This document shows, one piece after another, positions 19,075 through 27,945 of a DNA stretch of 62,618 bases. Every line of letters starts with the position of its first letter. Position 1 is the stretch's first letter. The translations under genes and the position numbers were made by a program. This DNA comes from Solirubrobacteraceae bacterium. GTDB lineage: Bacteria; Actinomycetota; Thermoleophilia; Solirubrobacterales; Solirubrobacteraceae. The notes below the pieces were generated by a model. The model saw only the letters and a program-made list of their open reading frames with translations, was not told the DNA's origin and made no database searches. The DNA lies in contig DASSUW010000451.1 of assembly GCA_035706585.1 (NCBI GenBank), forward strand, positions 1-62,618, written 5' to 3'.

Positions 19075-21333
19075 GTGTCAAGGACAGAGACGCTTGCCGA
19101 CGAGCGGCTCGAGGGCCGGTATCTCGCGTTCGCCGGGCTGGCCAGCGCGCTACTGACGTGCTCGGACTGGTCGCGGCTGGCCACTGCCGTCTCGCGATCG
19201 CTGGGCGTGATCGGCGAGACGCCGCCGGTCCGCCTCTGGGCGATGACGCCGGATGGCCCGAGCGAGCTGGCGCGCCACCCGGGCGACCATCGGTTCGGCC
19301 GCCTGGCGCCCGGCGTCGTGAACCGCGCGGCGGCACTGGGTGATTCAACCGAGGCGGGCGGCGGCGGGCTTCTCGTCGGCCTTTATGCCGACGGCGTGAC
19401 GCTGGGCGTGCTCGAGGTCGGTGAGCTCCCGGACCGCGAGCTGCTCGAGCAGATCGCGCCGATCGTGGGACTCCGCTTCAGCGTGCTGGCCGGCCGAGGA
19501 GTGGGAGGCATCGCGTTCTCGCCACGAGCGATCGAGGAGTCGGGTGACGCGTCGGCGGTCATCTCCCAGTTCGCCCGCCAGGCGAAGCGACTCCTCGACC
19601 ACGATCGCCTGAGCGTGTACCTGATCACGCCGGACGGCCGGGCGTTCGAGCGCTTCGCCGTCGCGACTTCCGGCATCGTTCCCGGCGAGGGTGTGCTGAT
19701 CCCGTTCGAGGACGTCGGCCTGCGGCACATCGTCCTCACGAACCGGCCGCTCGTCTCCGAGGACATCGCCGCCGACGGGCGCATCGTCGGCCGCGAGGAT
19801 CGCGTGATCGCGCAGGCCGGCTTCCACAGTCTCGTGAGTGTCCCGCTGCGCCGCGACACACGTCCATTCGGGCTCCTGAACTTCGTGAGCCGCCAGCCGG
19901 GCTTCTACGGAACCCAGGACATTCCCGTCGCCCAGCAGATCGCCGACCAGATCGCCGCATTCGTCGAGCATCTGGGGTTCCAGCGACGCATGAGCACGTT
20001 CATCCGTCACGAGGCGACGGAGTGGACGCGAGCGCGTGTCACCCGCGATCTCTACCACCCGGTCGCGCAGGCGACGCCGGAGATCGCACGCGCGGCGTCC
20101 GAGCTCGAGCGCATGCTCGGGGACACCGCCGCCGCCGAGCAGGCGCGCCGGATCCGGGATCTCGCGCAGTTCGAGCTGGCCGACATCCGTCGCGCAGTGG
20201 TCGACCTCGACCCGCCGGGGCTGGAGACGCACACGCTCACCGAGATGATCGAGCTCGCGGTCGAGCGCTTCCGCGAGCGCGGGGACGCCACGCCGCGGCT
20301 GCGCATCCAGGGCGACACGGCGGGACTGGCGGCGATCGTGCCGCGCGCGACGTACCGGATCCTGCAGGAGACGCTGATGAACGTGGCGCTCCACGCACAC
20401 GCGACGACCGTCGACGTCCGCCTCAAAGTGGATCGCGATCTGCTCCTCACGATCGAGGACGACGGCGTCGGCTTCGACACGGCGGCGGCCGAGCAGGGCG
20501 ACGGTCTCGGCCTGCGGCACATGCACGAGCGTGCCGAGGCGCTCGGCGGGTTCCTGACCATCGAGAGCGAGCCGGCCGCGGGAACGCGGGTGGCCCTGAC
20601 GGTGCCGAGCGTCCGCGATGCCGTCGAGGCGGCGCCCGTCTCCGCCCCGCAGCTCGTCGCGACCACAAACGGCGAGCCGACGCTGCGCGTGTTCGTGGCC
20701 GCCGCGAACGCGCTGATGCGGGCGGGACTGTGCCGCGTGCTGGAGCACGACGAGCTGATGCGCGTCGTGGGCGAGGCGTCGACCGTTGACGAGTTGCGAG
20801 GCCAGGTTCGCCGGCTGCATCCCGACGTCATCGTGCTCGCGACGACGGCGACGAGCGACGGCGTGCGCGAGGTGCTCGAGGCGATCCGCGGCGACGTGCC
20901 GAACTCCGCCGTGCTGGCGGTCGTCGACGGCGACCGCCGGCACGCACGCGAGGTCGTAGACGCCGGCGCGAGCGGCGTCGTGCGCGCGACCACCGACGCC
21001 GGCGACCTTGTCCAGGCGGTGCGGACGGTGGCCACCGGAACCCGCGTCGTCCTGGGAGACGAGCCATCCGCGGGCGAGCCGTGTGAGCGGCTGAGCGCAC
21101 GTGAGCGCGAGATCCTCACCCTGCTCGCCGATGGGCGCACGAACGCGGAGATCGGCGACCGCCTGTTCCTGGCGGCGAAGACGGTCGAGCGGCACGTGTC
21201 GGTGATCGCACGCAAGCTGAACGCGCGCAACCGAGCGCACGCCGCGGCCATCGGCGTCGCACGCCAGCTCGTGTTGACAGATATGCTGGTATACCAAAAC
21301 GCCAAAATGCACGATGAGCGGAGGATCCGATGA
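19075..21333 (+). CDS. GAF-GAF-HisKA_3/HATPase-pseudoreceiver-LuxR HTH fusion protein
   Basis: GAF-like N-terminal halves. ATPase boxes ILQETLMNVALHAHA, EDDGVGFD, GLGLRHMHERAE. REC-like fold lacking the acidic pocket (VFVAAANALM; VIVLATTATSDG). LuxR HTH LSAREREILTLLADGRTNAEIGDRLFLAAKTVERHV. GTG 19075 follows GGAGAGAG. Confidence 0.75.
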   Translation: MSRTETLADERLEGRYLAFAGLASALLTCSDWSRLATAVSRSLGVIGETPPVRLWAMTPDGPSELARHPGDHRFGRLAPGVVNRAAALGDSTEAGGGGLLVGLYADGVTLGVLEVGELPDRELLEQIAPIVGLRFSVLAGRGVGGIAFSPRAIEESGDASAVISQFARQAKRLLDHDRLSVYLITPDGRAFERFAVATSGIVPGEGVLIPFEDVGLRHIVLTNRPLVSEDIAADGRIVGREDRVIAQAGFHSLVSVPLRRDTRPFGLLNFVSRQPGFYGTQDIPVAQQIADQIAAFVEHLGFQRRMSTFIRHEATEWTRARVTRDLYHPVAQATPEIARAASELERMLGDTAAAEQARRIRDLAQFELADIRRAVVDLDPPGLETHTLTEMIELAVERFRERGDATPRLRIQGDTAGLAAIVPRATYRILQETLMNVALHAHATTVDVRLKVDRDLLLTIEDDGVGFDTAAAEQGDGLGLRHMHERAEALGGFLTIESEPAAGTRVALTVPSVRDAVEAAPVSAPQLVATTNGEPTLRVFVAAANALMRAGLCRVLEHDELMRVVGEASTVDELRGQVRRLHPDVIVLATTATSDGVREVLEAIRGDVPNSAVLAVVDGDRRHAREVVDAGASGVVRATTDAGDLVQAVRTVATGTRVVLGDEPSAGEPCERLSAREREILTLLADGRTNAEIGDRLFLAAKTVERHVSVIARKLNARNRAHAAAIGVARQLVLTDMLVYQNAKMHDERRIR
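21287..21296. promoter_or_regulatory. Perfect palindrome TGGTATACCA, candidate GntR/FadR-type operator
   Basis: It lies 33 nt upstream of the VOC dioxygenase ATG, in an AT-rich stretch with TTGACA at 21274-21279. Confidence 0.4.
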
Positions 21334-22310
21334 GCGGCACTCAGCAGCAGGCGACGGGCATCTTCTGTCCACGACGTCTCGCGCATGCCAACCTCTTCGT
21401 GTCCGACCTCGAGGCGGCCCAGCGATTCTGGACCAGGACGGCGGGGTTGACCAAGGTGTTCGACGAGCCCGGCATCGGGGCGGTGTTCCTCTCGAACGGA
21501 GCGACGCACCACGACGTGGCGCTCATGGAGGTCTCCGATAAGCCGCGTATCGGCATCGGCGGTCATGTCCAGGTCTCGTCGGAGCGAGGGTCGCGGCCCG
21601 GCCTCAACCACCTGGGCTTCGAGATGGAGTCCGAGGCGGATCTCGTCGCCGCCTACCGGCGGTGCCAGGAGGCCGGCGTCGAGCTGCACCGTACGACCGA
21701 CCACAAGATCTCGCGCAGCATCTACCTGTTCGACCCCGACGGGAACTACGTCGAGTTCTACGCCGACGCGACCGACGACTGGCGCGAGACCTACCGCCGG
21801 AACGAAGGGAGCCTGATCAGCGAGCACTGGGACCCGCTGGCGCAGGACCCCGCCCGGTCTCCGCGCTATCAGGAGGACCCCGACATCGAGGCGCCTGAGG
21901 ACGCCGTCTTCAGGCCACGCCGGCTCGTGCACGCGGTGCTCGTCGTGTCTGACCTCGAGCGCCTCCTGACGTTCTATACCCAGGTCGCCGGGATGCGGCT
22001 CGTCCACGACCACCGGGACGACGGCTATGCCGTGCTCGCCGGGGCGAAGGGCGGGGTCGACCTCGCCCTCTTCTCCGCGACGGAGGGCCAGCCGCCCGGG
22101 CTGCACCATCTCGGCTTCGAGGTCGCGGACGCGGATGAGCTGTCCGCCTCGATCCGCCGCGCCCGCGAGCAGCTCGGCGACGACGCAGTCGACGATCTCG
22201 GCACCGGCGCCGCGGCCGCCGTCATCCGTGACCCCGACGGCATCGCGTGCAAGTTCTTCGCCCGCCGGCCCGACGACGGGGCGCCGGCGCCGGCGCCGTT
22301 CCTGCTCTAG
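21330..22310 (+). CDS. Two-domain VOC-family extradiol ring-cleavage dioxygenase-like protein
   Basis: HANLFVSDLE..., HHDVALME, NHLGFEM, IYLFDPDGNYVEFYAD, and a second repeat HHLGFEV. ATG overlaps the upstream stop (ATGA). Confidence 0.75.
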   Translation: MSGTQQQATGIFCPRRLAHANLFVSDLEAAQRFWTRTAGLTKVFDEPGIGAVFLSNGATHHDVALMEVSDKPRIGIGGHVQVSSERGSRPGLNHLGFEMESEADLVAAYRRCQEAGVELHRTTDHKISRSIYLFDPDGNYVEFYADATDDWRETYRRNEGSLISEHWDPLAQDPARSPRYQEDPDIEAPEDAVFRPRRLVHAVLVVSDLERLLTFYTQVAGMRLVHDHRDDGYAVLAGAKGGVDLALFSATEGQPPGLHHLGFEVADADELSASIRRAREQLGDDAVDDLGTGAAAAVIRDPDGIACKFFARRPDDGAPAPAPFLL

Positions 22311-23051
22311 ATGCGCTTCGGACGAATCGAGACCGCGGCCGGCGAGCGCCATGACGTCCGCTTCGTGGACGGCGTCGCACGGGCGAGTGACCGTGAGTGG
22401 CCGCTGGCCGACGTGCGGATCCTGCCGCCGGTCGAGCCCGGGAAGCTGATCTACGTCGGCATGAACTACCGCGATCACGCCGCCGAGCTCAACGCCCCCG
22501 TGCCGCAGGAGCCGCTGCTCTTCTTCAAACCGCGCACGGCCCTCATCAGCCACGAGCAGGCCGTCGTACGACCGCCGGGCACCACGCAGCTCGAGTACGA
22601 GGGCGAGCTGGCGGTCGTGATCGGCTCGCGCTGCCGGAACGTCGCGGAGGCCGACGCCGCCGGCGTCATCGCCGGCTACACGATCGCCAACGACATCACT
22701 GCGCGCGACTGGCAGCGGCTCGACAGCCAGTGGACCAAGGCCAAGAGCTGGGACACGTTCGCGCCGATCGGCCCGTGGATCGAGACCGAGCTCGATCCGC
22801 GGGACGTCGCGATCACGACCGTCGTCAACGGTCGGAAGCGCCAGCAGGGGTCGACGCGGCACCTGATCTTCGGGGTGCCGGAGCTCGTGGCCTACGCCTC
22901 GCGCGTGATGACGCTGGAGCCCGGAGACGTGATCTCGACCGGCACGCCACCCGGCGTCGGGCCCCTGGAGGTCGGCGACGCGGTCGAGGTGACGGTCGAC
23001 GGCATCGGCACGCTGCGCAACGTCATCGTGACCGAACCCGCAGAGGAGTGA
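22311..23051 (+). CDS. Fumarylacetoacetate hydrolase (FAH) family hydratase/hydrolase
   Basis: GMNYRDHA, EYEGELAVVIG, TKAKSWDTFAPIGPW, PGDVISTGTPPGVG. Confidence 0.85.
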   Translation: MRFGRIETAAGERHDVRFVDGVARASDREWPLADVRILPPVEPGKLIYVGMNYRDHAAELNAPVPQEPLLFFKPRTALISHEQAVVRPPGTTQLEYEGELAVVIGSRCRNVAEADAAGVIAGYTIANDITARDWQRLDSQWTKAKSWDTFAPIGPWIETELDPRDVAITTVVNGRKRQQGSTRHLIFGVPELVAYASRVMTLEPGDVISTGTPPGVGPLEVGDAVEVTVDGIGTLRNVIVTEPAEE

Positions 23052-23053
23052 AC

Positions 23054-23458
23054 ATGGCAGCATCAGTCCACAACCCCGACACGCTCGCCGCGCCGCTCGG
23101 GCTGTACTCCCACGTCGCCGAGGCGCGCGGCGCGCGGACGGTCACCATCGCGGGACAGGTCGGCGCTGACGCGTCGGGCGCGCTCGCCGGCCACGACGTC
23201 GGCGCGCAGACGCGACGCGCGTACGAGAACCTCGGCCTCGCCCTCGCGTCGGCGGGCGCGACGTGGCGGGACGTGGTGAAAATGACGACGTTCCTCGTCT
23301 CCGAGGAGCTCATCGAGCCGTTCATGGCCGCCCGGCGCGAGGTGTTCGCCGAGCTGTTTCCGGACGCCGCGTACCCGACGAACACGCTGCTCGTCGTCAG
23401 CCGGCTCGTGCATGCGGAGTTCCTCGTGGAGATCGAAGCCACGGCGGTGACCGACTGA
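23054..23458 (+). CDS. RidA/YjgF family enamine-imine deaminase-like protein
   Basis: 134 aa with TIAGQVG...VVKMTTFL...VEIEATA. GAGGAG precedes ATG 23054. Confidence 0.8.
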   Translation: MAASVHNPDTLAAPLGLYSHVAEARGARTVTIAGQVGADASGALAGHDVGAQTRRAYENLGLALASAGATWRDVVKMTTFLVSEELIEPFMAARREVFAELFPDAAYPTNTLLVVSRLVHAEFLVEIEATAVTD

Positions 23459-23459
23459 C

Positions 23460-24614
23460 ATGCGGCGGCGAGCCGCCGTAGCGGGAGGCGGGATCGCCGG
23501 GATGGCGGCCGCCGGCGCGCTTGCGCGGCACGGCTTCGAGGTCTGCGTGCACGAGCGGGCGCCCGGACTGCGCGAGCTCGGCGCCGGCATCTATCTCAAG
23601 GAGAACAGCCTGCGCGTCCTCGATCAGCTCGACGTCTACGAACGGCTCGAGGCGCGCGCCGTCCGGTTGGCCGAGACCCGTCTGCGGACCGAGGGCGGGC
23701 GACTGGTCCTGACCAGACGCGTCGCCCGCGAGCGCACGCTCGTGGCTCTGCGGGAGGACCTGCATGCGCTGCTCACAGAGGCCGCGGAGGCCGCCGGAGC
23801 GGAGATCCGCACACGCTCGCGCGTCGAGACCGCCGCCCCGAGCGGCGCGCTGACCCTGCAGGGCGGCCGCGAGGCCGACCGGCCGGACCTCGTCGTCGGC
23901 GCTGACGGGCTGCACTCGCGCGTTCGCACGACGGCGGGCATCGACGGCCGCGTGCGCATCCTCGCCGACGGCGCGACGCGGCTGCTGATCCCCCGCACGG
24001 AGACGCAGCCGGTGAGCACGGAGCACTGGTCGGGGCGCCTGCGGGTGGGCGTGACCCCGTGCTCGCCGGACCAGACGTACGTGTTCCTCATCGGCCCGGA
24101 GTCCGACGAGCACGCCCGGCGGCTCCCCGTCGACACGGAGTACTGGCTGCGCTCGTTCCCGTACCTCGGTGAGGTCTTCGAACGCGTCGTCGGAGCCGAG
24201 GGGACGCACCATCCGCACGCGCTCGTCGAGTGCTCGCGCTGGACGCGCGGACGCATCGCGCTCGTCGGCGACGCCGCGCACGCACAGCCGCCGAACCTCG
24301 GCCAGGGAGCCGGCCTGGCGATCGCCAACGCGTGGGCGCTCGCCCGGACGCTCCAGCCGAGCGACACCGTCGAGGCCGGGCTCGCCGCATGGGAGGCGCA
24401 GAACTTCCCGCTCAGTCGGCGCGTGCAGCGCTGGTCGCACCGCTACGGGCTGGCCGGGCATCGGTGGCCGCCGCGCCTGCACGGCGCCCGCACGGCGACC
24501 CTCTGGGTGATCGGGCACTCCCCATACACTCGTGACCAATGGGCATGGCTCTGGCGTGGCGGCGTCTCCGACGGGGACCAGCCGGCTCGGTCAACATGGA
24601 CTGAAACCGCATGA
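23460..24614 (+). CDS. FAD-dependent aromatic-ring monooxygenase (hydroxylase)
   Basis: GGGIAGMAAAGALARHG dinucleotide fold. ALVGDAAHAQPPNLGQGAGLAIANA. Confidence 0.8.
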   Translation: MRRRAAVAGGGIAGMAAAGALARHGFEVCVHERAPGLRELGAGIYLKENSLRVLDQLDVYERLEARAVRLAETRLRTEGGRLVLTRRVARERTLVALREDLHALLTEAAEAAGAEIRTRSRVETAAPSGALTLQGGREADRPDLVVGADGLHSRVRTTAGIDGRVRILADGATRLLIPRTETQPVSTEHWSGRLRVGVTPCSPDQTYVFLIGPESDEHARRLPVDTEYWLRSFPYLGEVFERVVGAEGTHHPHALVECSRWTRGRIALVGDAAHAQPPNLGQGAGLAIANAWALARTLQPSDTVEAGLAAWEAQNFPLSRRVQRWSHRYGLAGHRWPPRLHGARTATLWVIGHSPYTRDQWAWLWRGGVSDGDQPARSTWTETA

Positions 24615-25303
24615 CTTCCGAGATCCCGTCACCGGCGTCCCCGCGCCCCGAGCCGAGGCAGCTCGCGCGCGTGACGCTCGCGCAGGCGGCCGCCGACGCG
24701 GTGCGCGAGATGATCATGCTCGGCGAGCTGCCGGTCGGCTCGCGCATCCGCCAGCGCGAGCTGGCGGCTCAGCTGCGCGTGAGCCGTACGCCGATGCGAG
24801 AGGCGCTGAGCAAGCTGGCGAGCGAAGGGCTGATAAGGACGGACCCCAGCGGCCAGGCGATCGTCTGCCGTCCGTCGGTCGAAGAGCTCGAGGAGCTCTA
24901 CGAGATCCGCCAGTTGCTCGAGGGGCAGGCGGCCGCGCACGCGGCCGAGCACCGGCGCCCCGAGGACGTCGAGCGCTTGCGGCGCATCGTCGCCAGCCTC
25001 GACCATGCGCCGTCGGCGGATGCCTGGGTCCGCCTCAACGCGGAGTTCCACACCGCGCTGTACCGGCTGGCGCAGCGGGCCGAGCTCGTCCGCCTGATCG
25101 ACTCACTGCGGATCCGCACGGAGGTCTACGTCCGGATCCTCGTCGAGACCGGCAGCTCGGACGAGGCCCAGCAGGACCACCGCGACATCGTCGCGGCGCT
25201 CGACGCCGGTGACGCAGACAAGATCCGCTCGCTCGTCCACAAGCACCTGCGCCACACGCGCGACCGGGTCGCAGCCGTGATCCGGTCGCAGGGCGGCAGC
25301 TGA
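24611..25303 (+). CDS. GntR family regulator, FadR/FCD subfamily
   Basis: HTH RELAAQLRVSRTPMREALSKLASEGLI plus an all-helical C-terminal domain. ATGA overlap with the upstream gene. Confidence 0.85.
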   Translation: MTSEIPSPASPRPEPRQLARVTLAQAAADAVREMIMLGELPVGSRIRQRELAAQLRVSRTPMREALSKLASEGLIRTDPSGQAIVCRPSVEELEELYEIRQLLEGQAAAHAAEHRRPEDVERLRRIVASLDHAPSADAWVRLNAEFHTALYRLAQRAELVRLIDSLRIRTEVYVRILVETGSSDEAQQDHRDIVAALDAGDADKIRSLVHKHLRHTRDRVAAVIRSQGGS

Positions 25304-25309
25304 CCGGCC

Positions 25310-26212
25310 ATGACCGGCGTCGCTTCCCTGCCGGCGGCCGCGCACGGCCTGTGGCCCGCGGTGATGTGCGCGGGGCTGTCGTTCCGGCAGTGGTGGATCG
25401 AGGTCGACGGCGTGGCGACCCGCTGCCTCGAGGCCGGCTCGCCCGATGCGCCACCGGTCGTGTTCCTTCACGGCGTCGGCGGCCACCTCGAGGCGTTCCA
25501 CCGCAACCTCGCGGTCCACGCGGCGCGCTATCGGGTGGTCGCGTACGACCTGCCGGGCCACGGGCTGAGCACGTTCGATCCCGGACGGTCGTACGAGATC
25601 GACGGCTACGTGCGCCACCTCGAGGCGCTGCTCGACGCGCTCGACATCAGCTCGGTGGCGCTGAGCGGACTCTCGCTCGGGGGGTGGATCGCGGCGCGCT
25701 TCGCCGCCTCCCGCACCGACCGCGTCGCGGCGCTCGTGCTCAACGGGACCGGGGGAGCGACGTTCGACGAGCGCGTCATGGCAGACATCAAGCGGCTCTC
25801 GAGCGCCGCAACGACGACGCCGGACGGCGACGCCGTGACCGCACGGCTGCGCTGGCTGATGGCGGACCCGGCCAGCGTGTCAGTGGACCTCGTCGAGGCC
25901 CGGCGCGTCATCTATGCGCAGCCGCACATGGGCGCCGCGATGCGCCGCATCCTCTGCCTACAGGAGCCGGCCGTCCGCCGCCGCAACCTGATCGCACCCG
26001 AGGAGTGGGCCGCCATCGCCGCGCCCACGCTCATCATCTGGGGCGATCGCGACCCGACGGGCCTGCCGGCGATCGCGCACGGCATCGCCGAGGGGATCCC
26101 GGACGCGCGCGTCGAGGTACTGGCCGACTGCGGGCACTGGGCCCAGTTCGAGCGGGCCGACCGCTTCAACGCCCTCCAGCTCGAGTTCCTGGGCGCGGCG
26201 TATCCCAGCTAG
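25310..26212 (+). CDS. Alpha/beta hydrolase, meta-cleavage-product hydrolase-like
   Basis: VVFLHGVGGH, nucleophile elbow GLSLGG, GDRDP, CGHWAQFE. Confidence 0.75.
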   Translation: MTGVASLPAAAHGLWPAVMCAGLSFRQWWIEVDGVATRCLEAGSPDAPPVVFLHGVGGHLEAFHRNLAVHAARYRVVAYDLPGHGLSTFDPGRSYEIDGYVRHLEALLDALDISSVALSGLSLGGWIAARFAASRTDRVAALVLNGTGGATFDERVMADIKRLSSAATTTPDGDAVTARLRWLMADPASVSVDLVEARRVIYAQPHMGAAMRRILCLQEPAVRRRNLIAPEEWAAIAAPTLIIWGDRDPTGLPAIAHGIAEGIPDARVEVLADCGHWAQFERADRFNALQLEFLGAAYPS

Positions 26213-27259
26213 CTAGGCGGCAGCGCCCTGCAGCTTGCATAGCCGCGCGAGGTTGCCGCTCCAGATCTGCTCCGCTTCCTCCTCGGTCACGTCCATCGCC
26301 GCGACGGCATCGCGCGAGCGCTCGATCAACCAGCGGCCGTCCTGGGCGTCGTACGGGGCGTCGCTGCCGAACACGATCTGGCCGGCACCGAAGAACGACT
26401 CGACGTTCATCAGCGTGTTGACGTTGCCGATCCCGGCCGTATCGGCGTAGATCCGCCGGAATCCCTCGAGCAGGGGACGCGTGTCCGTGGCCGGCTCGTA
26501 GTGCGTGTAGGGCAGCCAGTCGTCGGCGTACAGGACCTCGATCCGCGGGACGAAGAACGGGATCATCCCGCCGCCGTGGTGAGCGATCACGTTGAGCTTC
26601 GGGTACTTCTCGAGCACGCCGCCGAGCACCAGCGCCGTCAGCGCGACGGAGGTCTCGTACGGCCAGCCGAACGTGTACCAGCTCAGGTGGGACGAGGTCC
26701 GGTCCGGCCCGATCCCGGGGAGGACGGTGGAGCGCCACGGATGCACCCAGATCGGCGCCTCCAGTTCGTTCGCGGCCGCGAACACGCCGTCGAGCTCCGG
26801 CGCGTCGAACGCCGGCGAGCTCGGCGCGGCGAACAGGACGACGCCGACCAGGCCGAGCTCCTCGACGCAGCGCCGCAGCTCGCGCGCAGCCACGTCGGGG
26901 TCGTGCATCGAGAGCATGCCGACGCCGAGGAACCGGTCCGAGTGCTCCCGCACCGCGGCCGAGAGCGTCTCGTTGGCGATCGCCGCGAGCTCGACGCTGT
27001 GGTCGCCGTGGAAGAAGGCCTCGAGCGGGGGCACGGGGGGCGTGACCACCTGCATGTCGATCCCGAGGTCGTCGAGGTCCGCGATGCGCTTCTCGATGTC
27101 CGTGAGCCCACGCAACGTCTCCCACATCTCGAACGCCGACCGGGCGCCGGCCATCGCGGCCTCGGTCTCGGCCAGCAGCGTGCCGTCGCGGCGCACGCGC
27201 TCGAGGACGGCGCTGCGGTACTCCAGCGGCAGCAGGTGGGCAAACGCGTCGATCTTCAT
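26213..27259 (-). CDS. Amidohydrolase_2 family protein (ACMSD / non-oxidative aromatic decarboxylase-like)
   Basis: MKIDAFAHLLP..., VIAHHGGGMIPFF, FGSDAPY. AAGGGGA lies 7 nt before ATG 27259. Confidence 0.7.
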   Translation of the reverse strand: MKIDAFAHLLPLEYRSAVLERVRRDGTLLAETEAAMAGARSAFEMWETLRGLTDIEKRIADLDDLGIDMQVVTPPVPPLEAFFHGDHSVELAAIANETLSAAVREHSDRFLGVGMLSMHDPDVAARELRRCVEELGLVGVVLFAAPSSPAFDAPELDGVFAAANELEAPIWVHPWRSTVLPGIGPDRTSSHLSWYTFGWPYETSVALTALVLGGVLEKYPKLNVIAHHGGGMIPFFVPRIEVLYADDWLPYTHYEPATDTRPLLEGFRRIYADTAGIGNVNTLMNVESFFGAGQIVFGSDAPYDAQDGRWLIERSRDAVAAMDVTEEEAEQIWSGNLARLCKLQGAAA

Positions 27260-27287
27260 GAGCAGATCCCCTTGTCAAGCGGCATCT

Positions 27288-27309
27288 TGGTATGCCAGAA
27301 TGCTGGCAT
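27288..27309. promoter_or_regulatory. TGGTATGCCA (9/10 to TGGTATACCA) overlapping the inverted repeat ATGCCAG-AATG-CTGGCAT
   Basis: It lies 29 nt upstream of the amidohydrolase start, the same geometry as the 21287 site. Confidence 0.35.
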
Positions 27310-27468
27310 TCCCCGGTGGCACCGGCCTCGCGGCCGCCGCGAGGCGTTTGTCACAGTCCGTGTCGGTGACATGTTCACTGACCTCGTTGCCCTGTCATCA
27401 AAAATGCGGACGGCGAGTCACAGTGATGGTGTGGTCCGCTGCGCTTTCACCCAAGGGTGAATATGCGC

Positions 27469-27945
27469 TCAGCGCACCTTCCACACTGATGTAATCGCCG
27501 TCGGCACACCCATCGGAAGCTCTGCGACACCGACAGTGATCCGTGCGCAGAGCGCGACGTCCTCGCCCCACAAATCTGACCAGAGATCCGTGCTGCCGTT
27601 GCCGACCTCGATGAACTCGGCCGGGTAGCCCTCGACGAGGTTCACATAGTTCACCTGCGAGAGCGGCCGGACGACGCGCTCGAGCGACCCGAGCTCGTCC
27701 TTGAGCGTGCGCAGGATCGCAAGCGCCGTGACGCGGTTGGCCTCGTAGCCCTGTTCGATCGTCAGGTCGCGCCCGACCTTGCCCTGGAAGCGAGGGGATC
27801 CGTCGACGAACGGGCCGTGGCCGGCGAGGTGGACCACGTCCCCGTCGCGGACGGCCCAGCGGTACTTCGTCACCGTGGCCTGCGAGCGGGGGAGCTCGAA
27901 GCCGAGCTCCCCCAACCGGCCGACCACTGCGTCGGCGTCAGCCAC
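27469..27945 (-). CDS. RidA/YjgF-like family protein (second copy)
   Basis: 158 aa from GTG 27945, which overlaps the SBP stop by 8 nt. HLAGHGPF...GKVGRDLTIEQGYEANR...ITVGVAELPMG resembles the YjgF fold. Confidence 0.6.
   Translation of the reverse strand: MADADAVVGRLGELGFELPRSQATVTKYRWAVRDGDVVHLAGHGPFVDGSPRFQGKVGRDLTIEQGYEANRVTALAILRTLKDELGSLERVVRPLSQVNYVNLVEGYPAEFIEVGNGSTDLWSDLWGEDVALCARITVGVAELPMGVPTAITSVWKVR

Noticed and set aside
20052-23063. 1003-aa minus-strand ORF, together with 19345..21372 on the minus strand
   Set aside because: They are antisense to the regulator fusion, the VOC gene and the FAH gene. The translation is low-complexity Arg/Ser/Ala with no motifs.
27371-27460. 29-codon ORF MFTDLVALSSKMRTASHSDGVVRCAFTQG in the AT-rich gap
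   Set aside because: It has poor GC3, no Shine-Dalgarno sequence and no hydrophobic or conserved character. The region is more likely promoter or terminator DNA.
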